DNA of 64,000 bases from the human T2T-CHM13v2.0 reference genome, Homo sapiens: NCBI RefSeq assembly GCF_009914755.1, contig NC_060939.1; one strand, 5' to 3'. The notes below the pieces were generated by a model, which was given only the letters and a program-made list of their open reading frames with translations, ran no database searches and had not been told where the DNA came from. Positions 1 to 25,425 of the stretch are shown here, piece by piece. The position numbers were made by a program, and so were the translations under genes. How positions within the stretch are numbered: the stretch's first letter is position 1; every line of letters starts with the position of its first letter.

Positions 1-35
1 CACCGCTCCCGGCCGCCGCGCTCCGGTACACACAG
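1..35 (+). other. THBS1: THBS1 exon 1, 3' part (5'UTR, non-coding); TSS lies upstream of the window
   Basis: CpG-rich sequence ending CACAG|GTAAGT, a consensus donor at 36, upstream of the ATG-containing exon. Confidence 0.9.
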
Positions 36-444
36 GTAAGTCGCCCCCGGCGGCCGCCGAGGACCAAAGCTGCCCGGGACATCCACCTGGAGCGCTGAGG
101 CTTCAGTCCCTCTGGTGGACCCCGGAACCTACACTCTCCCCGCTCGCCTACCCCAGCCCGCTCCTCTCAGCCGCTGGAGGACTCTTCAGGGCAAGGCTCC
201 AGAGCCATCCTCTCCAGCCTTGAGGTTCACAAACCAACTCATCAGGACACCCCAAGATTTCCTTACTCTCTGAAGTCCTCCTTAAGCCTTTGTATCAGCA
301 CTCCAGGGAAGAGTCTGTACTTCCCCTGCCCTCCCTGCAACCCCAAACTACAGTTCCTGATCTTGCTCACCTTCGACTTCCCAAAAGCCCCCAAATTGTT
401 GGTCTTGCGCCCCCCACACTTTAAAACCAGCATCTCTTTCCTCC

Positions 445-446
<2 letters not shown>

Positions 447-475
<29 letters not shown>
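447..475 (+). repeat. (CT)14 microsatellite, THBS1 intron 1
   Basis: Direct reading. Confidence 0.95.
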
Positions 476-477
<2 letters not shown>

Positions 478-607
478 GCTCTCTGGAAAGTAATCCTGTT
501 GTCCTTCATTTCAGCAAACGCGGGGTCAAAGAGGGATGGTCCCGGCCCTGTCCCCATGCCCAGCCCCGTTTCTGCGCACCGTCCCTCCCTGCCTAGCTGA
601 TCTCTGA

Positions 608-14176
<13,569 letters not shown>

Positions 14177-16275
14177 TCATCAAATTGTTGATTGAAAGAC
14201 TGATCATAAACCAATGCTGGTATTGCACCTTCTGGAACTATGGGCTTGAGAAAACCCCCAGGATCACTTCTCCTTGGCTTCCTTCTTTTCTGTGCTTGCA
14301 TCAGTGTGGACTCCTAGAACGTGCGACCTGCCTCAAGAAAATGCAGTTTTCAAAAACAGACTCAGCATTCAGCCTCCAATGAATAAGACATCTTCCAAGC
14401 ATATAAACAATTGCTTTGGTTTCCTTTTGAAAAAGCATCTACTTGCTTCAGTTGGGAAGGTGCCCATTCCACTCTGCCTTTGTCACAGAGCAGGGTGCTA
14501 TTGTGAGGCCATCTCTGAGCAGTGGACTCAAAAGCATTTTCAGGCATGTCAGAGAAGGGAGGACTCACTAGAATTAGCAAACAAAACCACCCTGACATCC
14601 TCCTTCAGGAACACGGGGAGCAGAGGCCAAAGCACTAAGGGGAGGGCGCATACCCGAGACGATTGTATGAAGAAAATATGGAGGAACTGTTACATGTTCG
14701 GTACTAAGTCATTTTCAGGGGATTGAAAGACTATTGCTGGATTTCATGATGCTGACTGGCGTTAGCTGATTAACCCATGTAAATAGGCACTTAAATAGAA
14801 GCAGGAAAGGGAGACAAAGACTGGCTTCTGGACTTCCTCCCTGATCCCCACCCTTACTCATCACCTGCAGTGGCCAGAATTAGGGAATCAGAATCAAACC
14901 AGTGTAAGGCAGTGCTGGCTGCCATTGCCTGGTCACATTGAAATTGGTGGCTTCATTCTAGATGTAGCTTGTGCAGATGTAGCAGGAAAATAGGAAAACC
15001 TACCATCTCAGTGAGCACCAGCTGCCTCCCAAAGGAGGGGCAGCCGTGCTTATATTTTTATGGTTACAATGGCACAAAATTATTATCAACCTAACTAAAA
15101 CATTCCTTTTCTCTTTTTTCCTGAATTATCATGGAGTTTTCTAATTCTCTCTTTTGGAATGTAGATTTTTTTTAAATGCTTTACGATGTAAAATATTTAT
15201 TTTTTACTTATTCTGGAAGATCTGGCTGAAGGATTATTCATGGAACAGGAAGAAGCGTAAAGACTATCCATGTCATCTTTGTTGAGAGTCTTCGTGACTG
15301 TAAGATTGTAAATACAGATTATTTATTAACTCTGTTCTGCCTGGAAATTTAGGCTTCATACGGAAAGTGTTTGAGAGCAAGTAGTTGACATTTATCAGCA
15401 AATCTCTTGCAAGAACAGCACAAGGAAAATCAGTCTAATAAGCTGCTCTGCCCCTTGTGCTCAGAGTGGATGTTATGGGATTCTTTTTTTCTCTGTTTTA
15501 TCTTTTCAAGTGGAATTAGTTGGTTATCCATTTGCAAATGTTTTAAATTGCAAAGAAAGCCATGAGGTCTTCAATACTGTTTTACCCCATCCCTTGTGCA
15601 TATTTCCAGGGAGAAGGAAAGCATATACACTTTTTTCTTTCATTTTTCCAAAAGAGAAAAAAATGACAAAAGGTGAAACTTACATACAAATATTACCTCA
15701 TTTGTTGTGTGACTGAGTAAAGAATTTTTGGATCAAGCGGAAAGAGTTTAAGTGTCTAACAAACTTAAAGCTACTGTAGTACCTAAAAAGTCAGTGTTGT
15801 ACATAGCATAAAAACTCTGCAGAGAAGTATTCCCAATAAGGAAATAGCATTGAAATGTTAAATACAATTTCTGAAAGTTATGTTTTTTTTCTATCATCTG
15901 GTATACCATTGCTTTATTTTTATAAATTATTTTCTCATTGCCATTGGAATAGATATCTCAGATTGTGTAGATATGCTATTTAAATAATTTATCAGGAAAT
16001 ACTGCCTGTAGAGTTAGTATTTCTATTTTTATATAATGTTTGCACACTGAATTGAAGAATTGTTGGTTTTTTCTTTTTTTTGTTTTGTTTTTTTTTTTTT
16101 TTTTTTTTGCTTTTGACCTCCCATTTTTACTATTTGCCAATACCTTTTTCTAGGAATGTGCTTTTTTTTGTACACATTTTTATCCATTTTACATTCTAAA
16201 GCAGTGTAAGTTGTATATTACTGTTTCTTATGTACAAGGAACAACAATAAATCATATGGAAATTTATATTTATAC
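14177..16275 (+). promoter_or_regulatory. THBS1: THBS1 3'UTR to the probable major poly(A) site; AU-rich, many miRNA seed matches and Pumilio elements
   Basis: Follows the stop codon; AATAAA at 16246-16251 preceded by TGTA motifs and followed by a U/GU-rich tract. Confidence 0.8.
16246..16251 (+). terminator. THBS1 polyadenylation signal (proximal/major)
   Basis: AATAAA with upstream TGTA (CFIm-type) and downstream U-rich element. Confidence 0.75.
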
Positions 16276-17609
16276 TTACTGTATCCATGCTTATTTGTTC
16301 TCTACTGGCTTTATGTCATGAAGTATATGCGTAAATACCATTCATAAATCAATATAGCATATACAAAAATAAATTACAGTAAGTCATAGCAACATTCACA
16401 GTTTGTATGTGATTGAGAAAGACTGAGTTGCTCAGGCCTAGGCTTAGAATTTGCTGCGTTTGTGGAATAAAAGAACAAAATGATACATTAGCCTGCCATA
16501 TCAAAAACATATAAAAGAGAAATTATCCCTAAGTCAAGGGCCCCCATAAGAATAAAATTTCTTATTAAGGTCATTAGATGTCATTGAATCCTTTTCAAAG
16601 TGCAGTATGAAAACAAAGGGAAAAACACTGAAGCACACGCAACTCTCACAGCGACATTTTCTGACCCACGAATGATGCCTTGGGTGGGCAACACGATTGC
16701 ATGTTGTGGAGACACTTCGGAAGTAAATGTGGATGAGGGAGGAGCTGTCCTTGCAATGTTGAGCCAAGCATTACAGATACCTCCTCTTGAAGAAGGAATA
16801 ATAAGTTTAATCAAAAAAGAAGACTAAAAAATGTAAAATTTGGAAGGAATCCATAAATGCGTGTGTGTCTAAATACAAATTATCATGTGAAGAAAAGGCC
16901 CAAGTGTACCAATAAGCAGACCTTGATTTTTGGATGGGCTAATTATGAATGTGGAATACTGACCAGTTAATTTCCAGTTTTAATGAAAACAGATCAAAGA
17001 AGAAATTTTATGAGTAGGTTAAAGGTCTGGCTTTGAGGTCTATTAAACACTAGAAAGGACTGGCTGGGTGAGATAAAATCTTCCTTGTTGATTTTCACTC
17101 TCATTCTATAAATACTCATCTTTCTGAGTAGCCATGATCACATACAAATGTAAATTGCCAAATCATTTTATAGTACCAAGGTGAAGAAGCAGGAACTAGA
17201 AAGTGTTGATAATAGCTGTGGAGTTAGGAAAACTGATGTGAAGGAAATAATTCTTTGAAATGGCAAAGAATTAAATACCATCATTCATTATCAGAAGAGT
17301 TCAACGTTTGAAGTGCTGGGAGATAATTCTAATTCATTCTTGGATAGTGAAGCAAAACTGATTGAAAATACCAAGATAAGACAGAAAAAGTGACTGGAAA
17401 GAGGAGCTTTTCTTCCAGGCATGTTCCAGTTTCACCCTAAGACTGACCTTCAAATAATCAGGTTGTACTGAAATAAAGGACTTGTTAAAAATTAAAATTA
17501 TGTCATCGAGATGATAGCTTTTTTCCTCCTCCAACAGTTTATTGTCATGTGTTGTGGGAGAGCTCGAGTGAAGAGCAATAAACTCCAGGTCTTATAAGAA
17601 TGTACATAC

Positions 17610-17615
17610 AATAAA
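17610..17615 (+). terminator. Candidate distal THBS1 polyadenylation signal
   Basis: TGTACATAC-AATAAA-GGTGGTG...T-run; further AATAAA at 17472 and 17577. Confidence 0.5.
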
Positions 17616-17727
17616 GGTGGTGCCAGCAGTTTTTTTTTTTCTAAAGAGTCACATGTAGAAAAGCCTCCAGTATTAAGCTCCTGAATTCATTCCTTAAATA
17701 AATTGGCTCTCTCTCTCTTCTATAATT

Positions 17728-17936
17728 TCTTTTTCTTTTTATTTTTGAGATGAAGTCTTGCTCTGTCGCCCAGGCTGGAGTGCAGTGACACAATCTCGGC
17801 TCACTGCAACCTCTGCCTCCCCGGTTCAAGCAATTCTCCCTCCTGCCTCAGCCTCCCAAGTAGCTGGGACTACAAGCGCCCGCCACCAAGCCTGGCTAAT
17901 TCTGTATTTTTAGTAAAGACGGGGTTTCACCTTGTT
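17728..17936 (-). mobile_element. 5'-truncated Alu (right arm plus linker)
   Basis: tttttgagatgaagtcttgctctgtcgcccaggctggagtgcagt...gtatttttagtaaagacggggtttcacc. Confidence 0.92.
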
Positions 17937-18279
17937 CCGGACAAACACTAAGCCCTAAAGGGAAATCCAAAATAAAAACATCTATTTTTAATAACACTTT
18001 CTATCTAAATCAGGGTGACTTTTTAAAAAAAATCCGGAAGCTTTGTGTTGAATTACGTTACAGACTTAGTTACCAGTCCTTGTTAGAGTTACCTTCAGTT
18101 GACATGCTGTGAATGGTCCCACCTCTTTTATGGCAGAATTCATTACTTAAAATAACTCTATTTTCTTCCCCCTTACCTAAATAACAGAAAGGCTCACTAT
18201 GTCCCAAATATCATTGGCAGAAGCAAACTATAAAGTCATAAGCCCTTTGCAGTGCAAGTCTAGAAATAATTTTACTCTG

Positions 18280-18372
18280 TGTTTCTTTCTGTCTCCCTCT
18301 TCCCTCCCCTTTTTCCTTCCTACCCTCCCCTCCCCTCCCTCCTCCTTCTTTCTCTCTCTCTCTCTCTCTCTC
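18280..18372 (+). repeat. Polypyrimidine tract with (CCCT/CCCCT)n and (CT)n
   Basis: Direct reading. Confidence 0.9.
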
Positions 18373-18858
18373 ATACATACAAACATCAAATACCAGAAAA
18401 GCATAGATTTAGAAAGCTGAACTCCTCTGAAACGCTGACGGACAACACTGGCCCCTCTCTGCCCCACAACAAATTCTCACCCATATCACCTTTGCCCTCT
18501 GATTCTTCCCACCCAAACCCTAAAACACAGAGTGTGCCTCATGGCATTCCTATGAGAATCTAAAATCACAACTTTTAACTTATACTTCCATCCCACAGCA
18601 AAACTCTTGGCATCAAGATAAATTATACGTAGCACATTGACATCAGCATGAACAATTGCTATTTTAAATGAACAAATAGTAAACTGAAATAGTGTCTGGA
18701 AAAAGAAACTGCCTATCAATACCTCTGAAAATAGTAGCTATAGAATTCCTCATTTTAAAAAGTCAAGGAAATTCCATATAAACAATCATTAATGTTATTC
18801 AGTATCAGTGGATGAACATGTGCCAGCAAAAACAATGTTATGTATACATCACTCAAAT

Positions 18859-18864
18859 TTTATT
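18859..18864 (-). terminator. FSIP1 polyadenylation signal (cleavage about 18835)
   Basis: tttatt on + = AATAAA on -, with a GU/U-rich tract downstream on -; a second AATAAA on - at 19046-19051. Confidence 0.65.
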
Positions 18865-19686
18865 AAAGGCAGCACAATAGCCCGCTCATTTTTTGATTCA
18901 GAAATAAACTGGACTTCCAATTCTAATGCCAACTCATCTTATGGAATGTCAACACAAAATTTTCTCATGAATCTAAGTTACTGACTTGTAACTAAACCAT
19001 CTCTCTTCAAATAGTACCGCAGACTGTCTTTTAAAGTAGCTCATCTTTATTTGATGCAATCTAAAAGGCCCAAACTCTGAAAGAAAATAAGAAACTATTG
19101 TTAACTATTATTAACAAAGTAATATATCAAATAATTCACTCAAACTCCTACTTAAGAAACGTGTCATCACCAATAAGATAGTAAAGGCTCTTCTAATATT
19201 GCTTTGTTGAGACAATTCATTTCATCTTATGGCAGGTTGTACCAGTTTCACAGACATGAGACAAGTGGGAAGAAGGAAAAGCAGGGCCACAGCAAAAATT
19301 CCCAGTGACCACCATGATCTGTCTGAATCACAGTAGAGGTGAAACATACAAAATTGAATACAGGACAATCACAGCACTTCAACGAGTTTTACCCTAACAC
19401 GTATACATTAAAATGTTGGTTTTTATAATGAATCCTAATACTGTAAGATTAGCAATAAATTTATAAACAATGGTCCCAGAAATTTTAATGAGCAAAAACC
19501 ACTGAACAATTACACCCCAAGTCTCAAAAATATCAAGGAAATATAATCCACAAAGAGCGACTCCAAATGTCAAAATCAATAAAGAATAGTCTCTGCAGTG
19601 CATTCATTGAATTCAAATAATTCAATAAGAAATTTAATTTAACTTCATTACCAACTTTCTGAAAAGCACACCCAGCAAGTCCTTGA

Positions 19687-19733
19687 TTAGGGTTCTTTAC
19701 ATTCTTCTGCTGCATCTTTAGTCTCCTGCTCAT
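19687..19733 (-). CDS. FSIP1: FSIP1 terminal exon, coding part (DEQETKDAAEECKEP*)
   Basis: Minus strand ttttatgtgcag|AT GAG CAG...CCC TAA; phase matches the upstream exon ending in G; matches the remembered FSIP1 C-terminus. Confidence 0.9.
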
Positions 19734-20229
19734 CTGCACATAAAAACAATAACCACAGTTATTAGAGATTCAGAAATGTATGCATAATTAAGAAAAACAA
19801 CTCAGCCTATAAAATATTAAATCCCTTTACACATGAGGCAATAATCACACTCTCATTTAATACTTACTGAACAGTCACCACGAGCTGCAGACAAAGTTTA
19901 CGAGAAAAATAGAAAGATCAGGGCGCCTACTCTCATTGAGCTTACAGCTCAGGGAGAACACTACAGGTTTTGGAGCTAAAATGATTATGGATGTGGAGAC
20001 ACACACAGAAGTTAATATTTTGCTTTCTACTAAGTTTCTGGGAAGTACAGTGAGACCAAAAGTAAATGTTATATGTAGAATAGATAAGAGCTGATCGCCT
20101 TTCATTTCTTGAAGTGAGAAAAAAAATTGTGACATTAACAGAAAAGGAATGGAAATATTTTTCTACCCTTGGTGAGAAGGTTATCAGAAAATGCAGAATT
20201 GACAATAGAACTAAATTTTAAAAAGACAA

Positions 20230-21318
20230 AGAGAAACAGGAGAAACTGGAACCTTCATGCACGACTGGCAGGAATGGAAAATGGTGCAGTAGCTTTAGAA
20301 ACAGTCTGGCAGTTCCTGAGAAGGTTACCATAGACCTGGCAATTCCACTTCTAGGTATAAGCCCAAGAGAAATGAAAGCATACATCCATACAAAAACTTG
20401 TACACAAGCGTTCATATCAACATTATATGTAATAGCCAAAAAGTGGAAACAACCCAAATGTCCATCAAATGATGAATGGATAAGCAAAATGTGATATATC
20501 CATATAATTGAGACTTATTCAACAATAGAAAAGAGTGGAGTATGGATACATGCTACAACATGGATGAATCTTGAAGACATAATGTAAGAAGCCAGTCACA
20601 AAAGGCCATATGCCGTATGATTCCATTTATATGAAATGTTCAGACTAGGCAAATTCACAGAGACAGAAAGACTGGTGATTGCCTAGGGCTGGGGTTGGGG
20701 AAAATGGGAAGTGATTACTAATACCCAAAATGTTGCGTTGTCGGGGGTGGAAAAAATAAAAAATTGATAGTGGTGATGGAGGTACAACTCTGTAAATATA
20801 CTACAAACAATTGAATTGCACACTTTTAATGGGATGAATTGTAGGAAGCTGGTGAACAGTGGCTCCCCAAAACTCACATCCTCATCCCTGCAACCTGTGA
20901 AAGGGGTCTTTCTAGATGCAATTAAATTAAGCTTCTCGAGATAAGAAGATCATCCTGGATTCTCTGGGTGGGCCCTATATTCAATAAGAAGTGTTGTTAT
21001 ACAAAAAAGACAGAGGGAGATTAACACACACAGATGGAGGGAGGCAATGTGAAGACGGAGGCAGAGACTGGAGTGACGTGGCCACAAAGCCAGGAATGCC
21101 CATAGCCAGGAGAAGCTGGAAGAAGCATGGAAGCGTTCTAGCGTTCTCTCCTAGGGCCTCCAGGTGGCGTGTGGCCTTGGTGACACCTTGATTTCAAACT
21201 TCTGGCCTCCAAAACTGTGAGAGAATAAATTTCTGTCATGGTAAGTTGTTGTGACAACCATAGGAAACTAATACAAATATATGAATTATATCTCAATAAA
21301 GTTCTTATTAAAAAAAGA
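20230..21318 (+). mobile_element. L1MB/MC-like 3' end fragment, interrupted by an MLT1 LTR
   Basis: Typical L1M 3' text (caattccacttctaggtata...aacaacccaaatgtccatca); resumes at about 21278 (atgaattatatctcaataaag). Confidence 0.8.
20840..21275 (+). mobile_element. MLT1 (MaLR) solo LTR
   Basis: gtgaagacggaggcagagactggagtga...ctggcctccaaaactgtgagagaataaatttctg...ggaaactaataca. Confidence 0.85.
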
Positions 21319-21749
21319 CTCAACCTTGTAATGAAGGGCAGATGACTTGCAGTTTCAGAGCAAAGTGATAAATGTAGTGGTACTGTCAACACATGGAGAA
21401 GAAATATTAAACAGGATGTAGAGGCAGGTGGGATGAATGAAAAGTGGATCACAATACCCCCATGCATGAGGTGGGAGATGATGGGACATAATTCCACGCC
21501 TTCGTAAGTGCTATTCTCTCACTATGGAGTGTTCTTTTTGCCCACCCAGCAAATAACCATTCATCCTTGGAGGCACAACTTAAATGCCACCTCCCATCCC
21601 TCTATAGTGTTGTCTATGTACTTTGTCCTGAAGCTCTTACTATGTTTGTCCCACCCTACTGTAATTAAGTGTCTGTCTTTAGGCACTTAAAAATTTTCAT
21701 CAATAGAACTAGATTGAGTAACAAAAAATTTTTCATCAATATACCTAGA

Positions 21750-21958
21750 ACAACGGTCCTCAACTGGGGGAAATTTTGCCCCCAAAGAACATTTTTTGCA
21801 ATGTCTGGAGACATGTTTGTCTGTCATAACTGCAGAGGACACTACTGACATCAAGTCAGTAAAAGCCAGGGATTCCATTAAACACCCGACAATGCACAAG
21901 ACAGCCCTTCAAATGTCCAACTCAAAATGCTAACAGTGCTGAGGTGAAAAACTCTTGG
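21750..21958. mobile_element. MER20-like hAT-Charlie element, flanked by L2-like fragments
   Basis: ctcaactggggg..ttttgcccc..gcaatgtctggagaca..acaatgcacaagacagccc..cagtgctgagg. Confidence 0.8.
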
Positions 21959-22064
21959 AACTTAGAAAAGCATCTAATACACAGGAGAATCTCATGAAAT
22001 GTTTGTGGGGTAAATCGATGAATGAATGGATGGCAGATGGATGATGAATGAATAGCATGGAGCC

Positions 22065-22255
22065 TTGGGGTTTTAAAGCATGGCTGCACAGCAGAATCAC
22101 CCAGACCCTGATCTCAGAAACTGACTTAAATGACTGCTGCCAGAACCCACCCCTAGAAATTGACTTAATTCATCTGGGATGGAACCAAGCTGCTAATCTG
22201 TTTTAAATCTCACCAGGTGATTCTAACATGCAGCCAGAGGTAAGAGGCAGCACTG
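22065..22255. mobile_element. MER5-type remnant
   Basis: cagaatcacc...ccaggtgattctaacatgcagcc. Confidence 0.55.
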
Positions 22256-22654
22256 GCTAAGGAACAGACTCAGTATAGCTTAAATGCCAGGCCGGCTCAA
22301 GGCAGACGGAAGTAGAGAGACTGGGCAATCAAAAGTATGCAAAGCATAGATAGTTCCATACTGGTTATATGTGTCTCCAAACAAAATATTAACGAAGAAA
22401 GAGTAGAGAACTCAAGGGAGGGTCCCAGGGCATGCTTGCTCTAAGAGGAAGGTTGCCCAAAAGAATGACAAGATGGATGGCTGGAGAGATCACAAGACAA
22501 TGTGGATGCAGCAGTATCTTCGTTAAAAAGAAATTTAAGAAGAAAAAAGCAGACATTCAGCAGATGGGAAAAAAGGTACTTTCTGTACATTATTTTCACT
22601 ACCACCATTTATTTTTGATAATCCTAAAGTAGAAGTAAGTAGTAAACCATTTAG

Positions 22655-23110
<456 letters not shown>

Positions 23111-24014
23111 ATAGCGGATCTTCAGTAACTTTTTACTTTACCCAATTTGAATGAAGCAACAGAACCAGAAGTTTCCAATAACTGATAAAGTGATAAGGAC
23201 ATTACAATTAAATATCAAAACTCTCAAGCATGCCTTTGTTCATTTTATACTGCTAAAATGATAGAGAAAATGATCAACAGCAAATATTTATATGAAAAGT
23301 CTACCTCAAGAAGAATTAAAGAAAATTAGTTGAAAGTAAATTGAAGATGTAAATTAACCAAATATAAACTTACTATACACTAAGGTTTTATATTAAAAAA
23401 TGAATTCACATTAGAAATTTCTAATATGGCATCTCTGATATTTTGACCAAATAAACTCTGGAAGAGCATTGGTTTGACTAGACAAAGGGAGGTTAAGTCA
23501 CTAAGGGCATTGAAGAAGCAACGTGTAGCCTTGGAAAAGTAATTTAACAAATAGTAACTATGAGGTCTGAAGGCACACCCTGTTTGAGACAAACAGAAAA
23601 CTATTAAGGCAATGATGAGTTAAGGACTTCCCTAAGAGCAATCCAAAATATTTTTAATGGAAAAGATCAGCTAATAGGGTCACTGTTTCTAGAATCTCAC
23701 CGCTCTCCTGCAAACCAGTAAGACTATACTATAACAAAGAAAATTTTCTCAAACAATCTAGTTCCCTTGAAACTGTTCAGGTGGTATGACTAAGGACATA
23801 TACCAACACACACCCACTTCAAACCACTGCAACACCCTTACCAAAAGTCAATCTGCCGGCAACCAGGCCTCATCCAGCAAGTTACAATCAATGGGCAAAA
23901 TTTCAGCCTCAAGTATATTCAGATTATATAGTCGTCATTATTAGTAGAACTTTTTTTTTATCTGAGGATCCCAATAAGATAACATACTTAGCTTTCTTTC
24001 ATCTAAACTGAAAT

Positions 24015-24350
24015 CTATAGTTCTCAAGTGTTCACAGTGAAATCCTGTCCCTAGCATTAATTTAGCAGCCTGGACATTCCATCCCAGGAACTCTGATTTC
24101 AGCAAGTCTGGATAGGTCCTTGGACACAGCTAGAAAACAAACAAGCAAAAAACTCCCCAGATGATCTTGATACTCACTGTGGTTAGGAATAATGCTCTGC
24201 AGTTTGTAACAGGGCTTCTCAAACTTTATTGCCGGGAAGTATCACCAGGGATCTTATTAAAATGAAAATTCTCATGCCTTAGGTTGTGGGTGGGCCCTTA
24301 GGGGCCCTGCATCTCTAACAAGCTCCCAGTGGTTGGATTGCACTACAAGC
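24015..24350. mobile_element. Two adjacent MER5-type remnants
   Basis: gttctcaagtg...ctccccagatgat; cagggcttctcaaactt..atcaccagggatcttattaaaatg..tctaacaagctcccag. Confidence 0.55.
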
Positions 24351-24619
24351 AGAGGAGACTTACAACATGGAATGGAAATTCAATGTCTCCAAAGGACCAA
24401 GCCCATGAAGTAGAGAGGGCTAGGTGGGGGCTGTGTCCTCTTGGAGAATACACATGCCTTCTAAGGGGAGCATCTGCTACTCAGCTCCCGTGGGTGGTGG
24501 TAGAACTTGCTGATTTGTCAGAAATGTCAGAAATCTAGCCTTTTATGGAAAAATCTCCTGACAATGTTCAATGTTAAACGCCATGTAAGCCAACCAAGTC
24601 CAGTCCCAGAGCTAATCAT

Positions 24620-24815
24620 TTTATTTGAATGTTCTCATTTGATCCTCATTACAACCCTACAGGGTATTAAGCCATCTTATATGATAGACAAGGAAACCAA
24701 GGTGTAGAGGAGAGAGAGAGAAATTAACTAACTTACCTAAGATCTCCATCTAGCAGCAGAGCAAGGATTCAAACCCAGGTCTTCCCTACCCAGAACCCAT
24801 GTTCCTAACCACTAG
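24620..24815 (-). mobile_element. MIR SINE
   Basis: tcatttgatcctcattacaacccta..gacaaggaaaccaagg..ggattcaaacccagg. Confidence 0.7.
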
Positions 24816-24960
24816 GCCACTTCCCACTGGTGGGTGGTAGGCCACCCTCCCTCTGCTAATCTAGGTTCTAGCTTGGGATTCTGCTACTTACTTGGACTCC
24901 CTTAATTTGGTCCTTTGAGTAACTAATCTGCTCTTTGGTTTTATGTTCACAGTTTCAATT

Positions 24961-25070
24961 TAGAGTGACCAACCATTCCAGTTTGCTAGAGACTGAGGAT
25001 TTCCTGGAACATGGAACATTCAATGGTAAAACCAGGACACTTCTGAGCAATCCAAGACAGTTGGCCACTA
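24961..25070. mobile_element. MER81-like hAT-Blackjack MITE
   Basis: Terminal inverted repeats tagagtgaccaacc / agttggccacta, about 110 bp, CpG-decayed. Confidence 0.7.
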
Positions 25071-25144
25071 TAGTTTTCATTTAGGGGTATTATTTTAAAA
25101 AGAAAACAAAACTTACATGACTCTTGTTGCATTTACTATAGGCT

Positions 25145-25425
25145 TTTAAACTGACACACAATTGTACATATCTATGGGATACACAGTGATATTTTAATAC
25201 ATACAATGTCTAGTGGTCAAATCAGGTAAATTGCATACCCATCACCTCATTTATCAATTCTCTGTGTTAAGAACATTCAAAACCTTCTCTTCTAGCTATC
25301 TGAAAATATATATTATTGTTGACTATAGTCACCCTACAGTGCTATAGACTATTAGAACTTATTCCTCCTATAAAGCTATAATTTTGTATCCTTTAACCAA
25401 TAACTCCCTATCCCTTCCTCCCTGC
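25145..25425 (-). mobile_element. L1MA-like 3' end fragment
   Basis: aattgtacatatctatggga..acattcaaaaccttctcttctagcta..gactatagtcaccctacagtgctatag. Confidence 0.8.

Noticed and set aside
14274-14726. 150-aa ORF in the THBS1 3'UTR
   Set aside because: Non-ATG start, no homology recognised, lies downstream of the true stop
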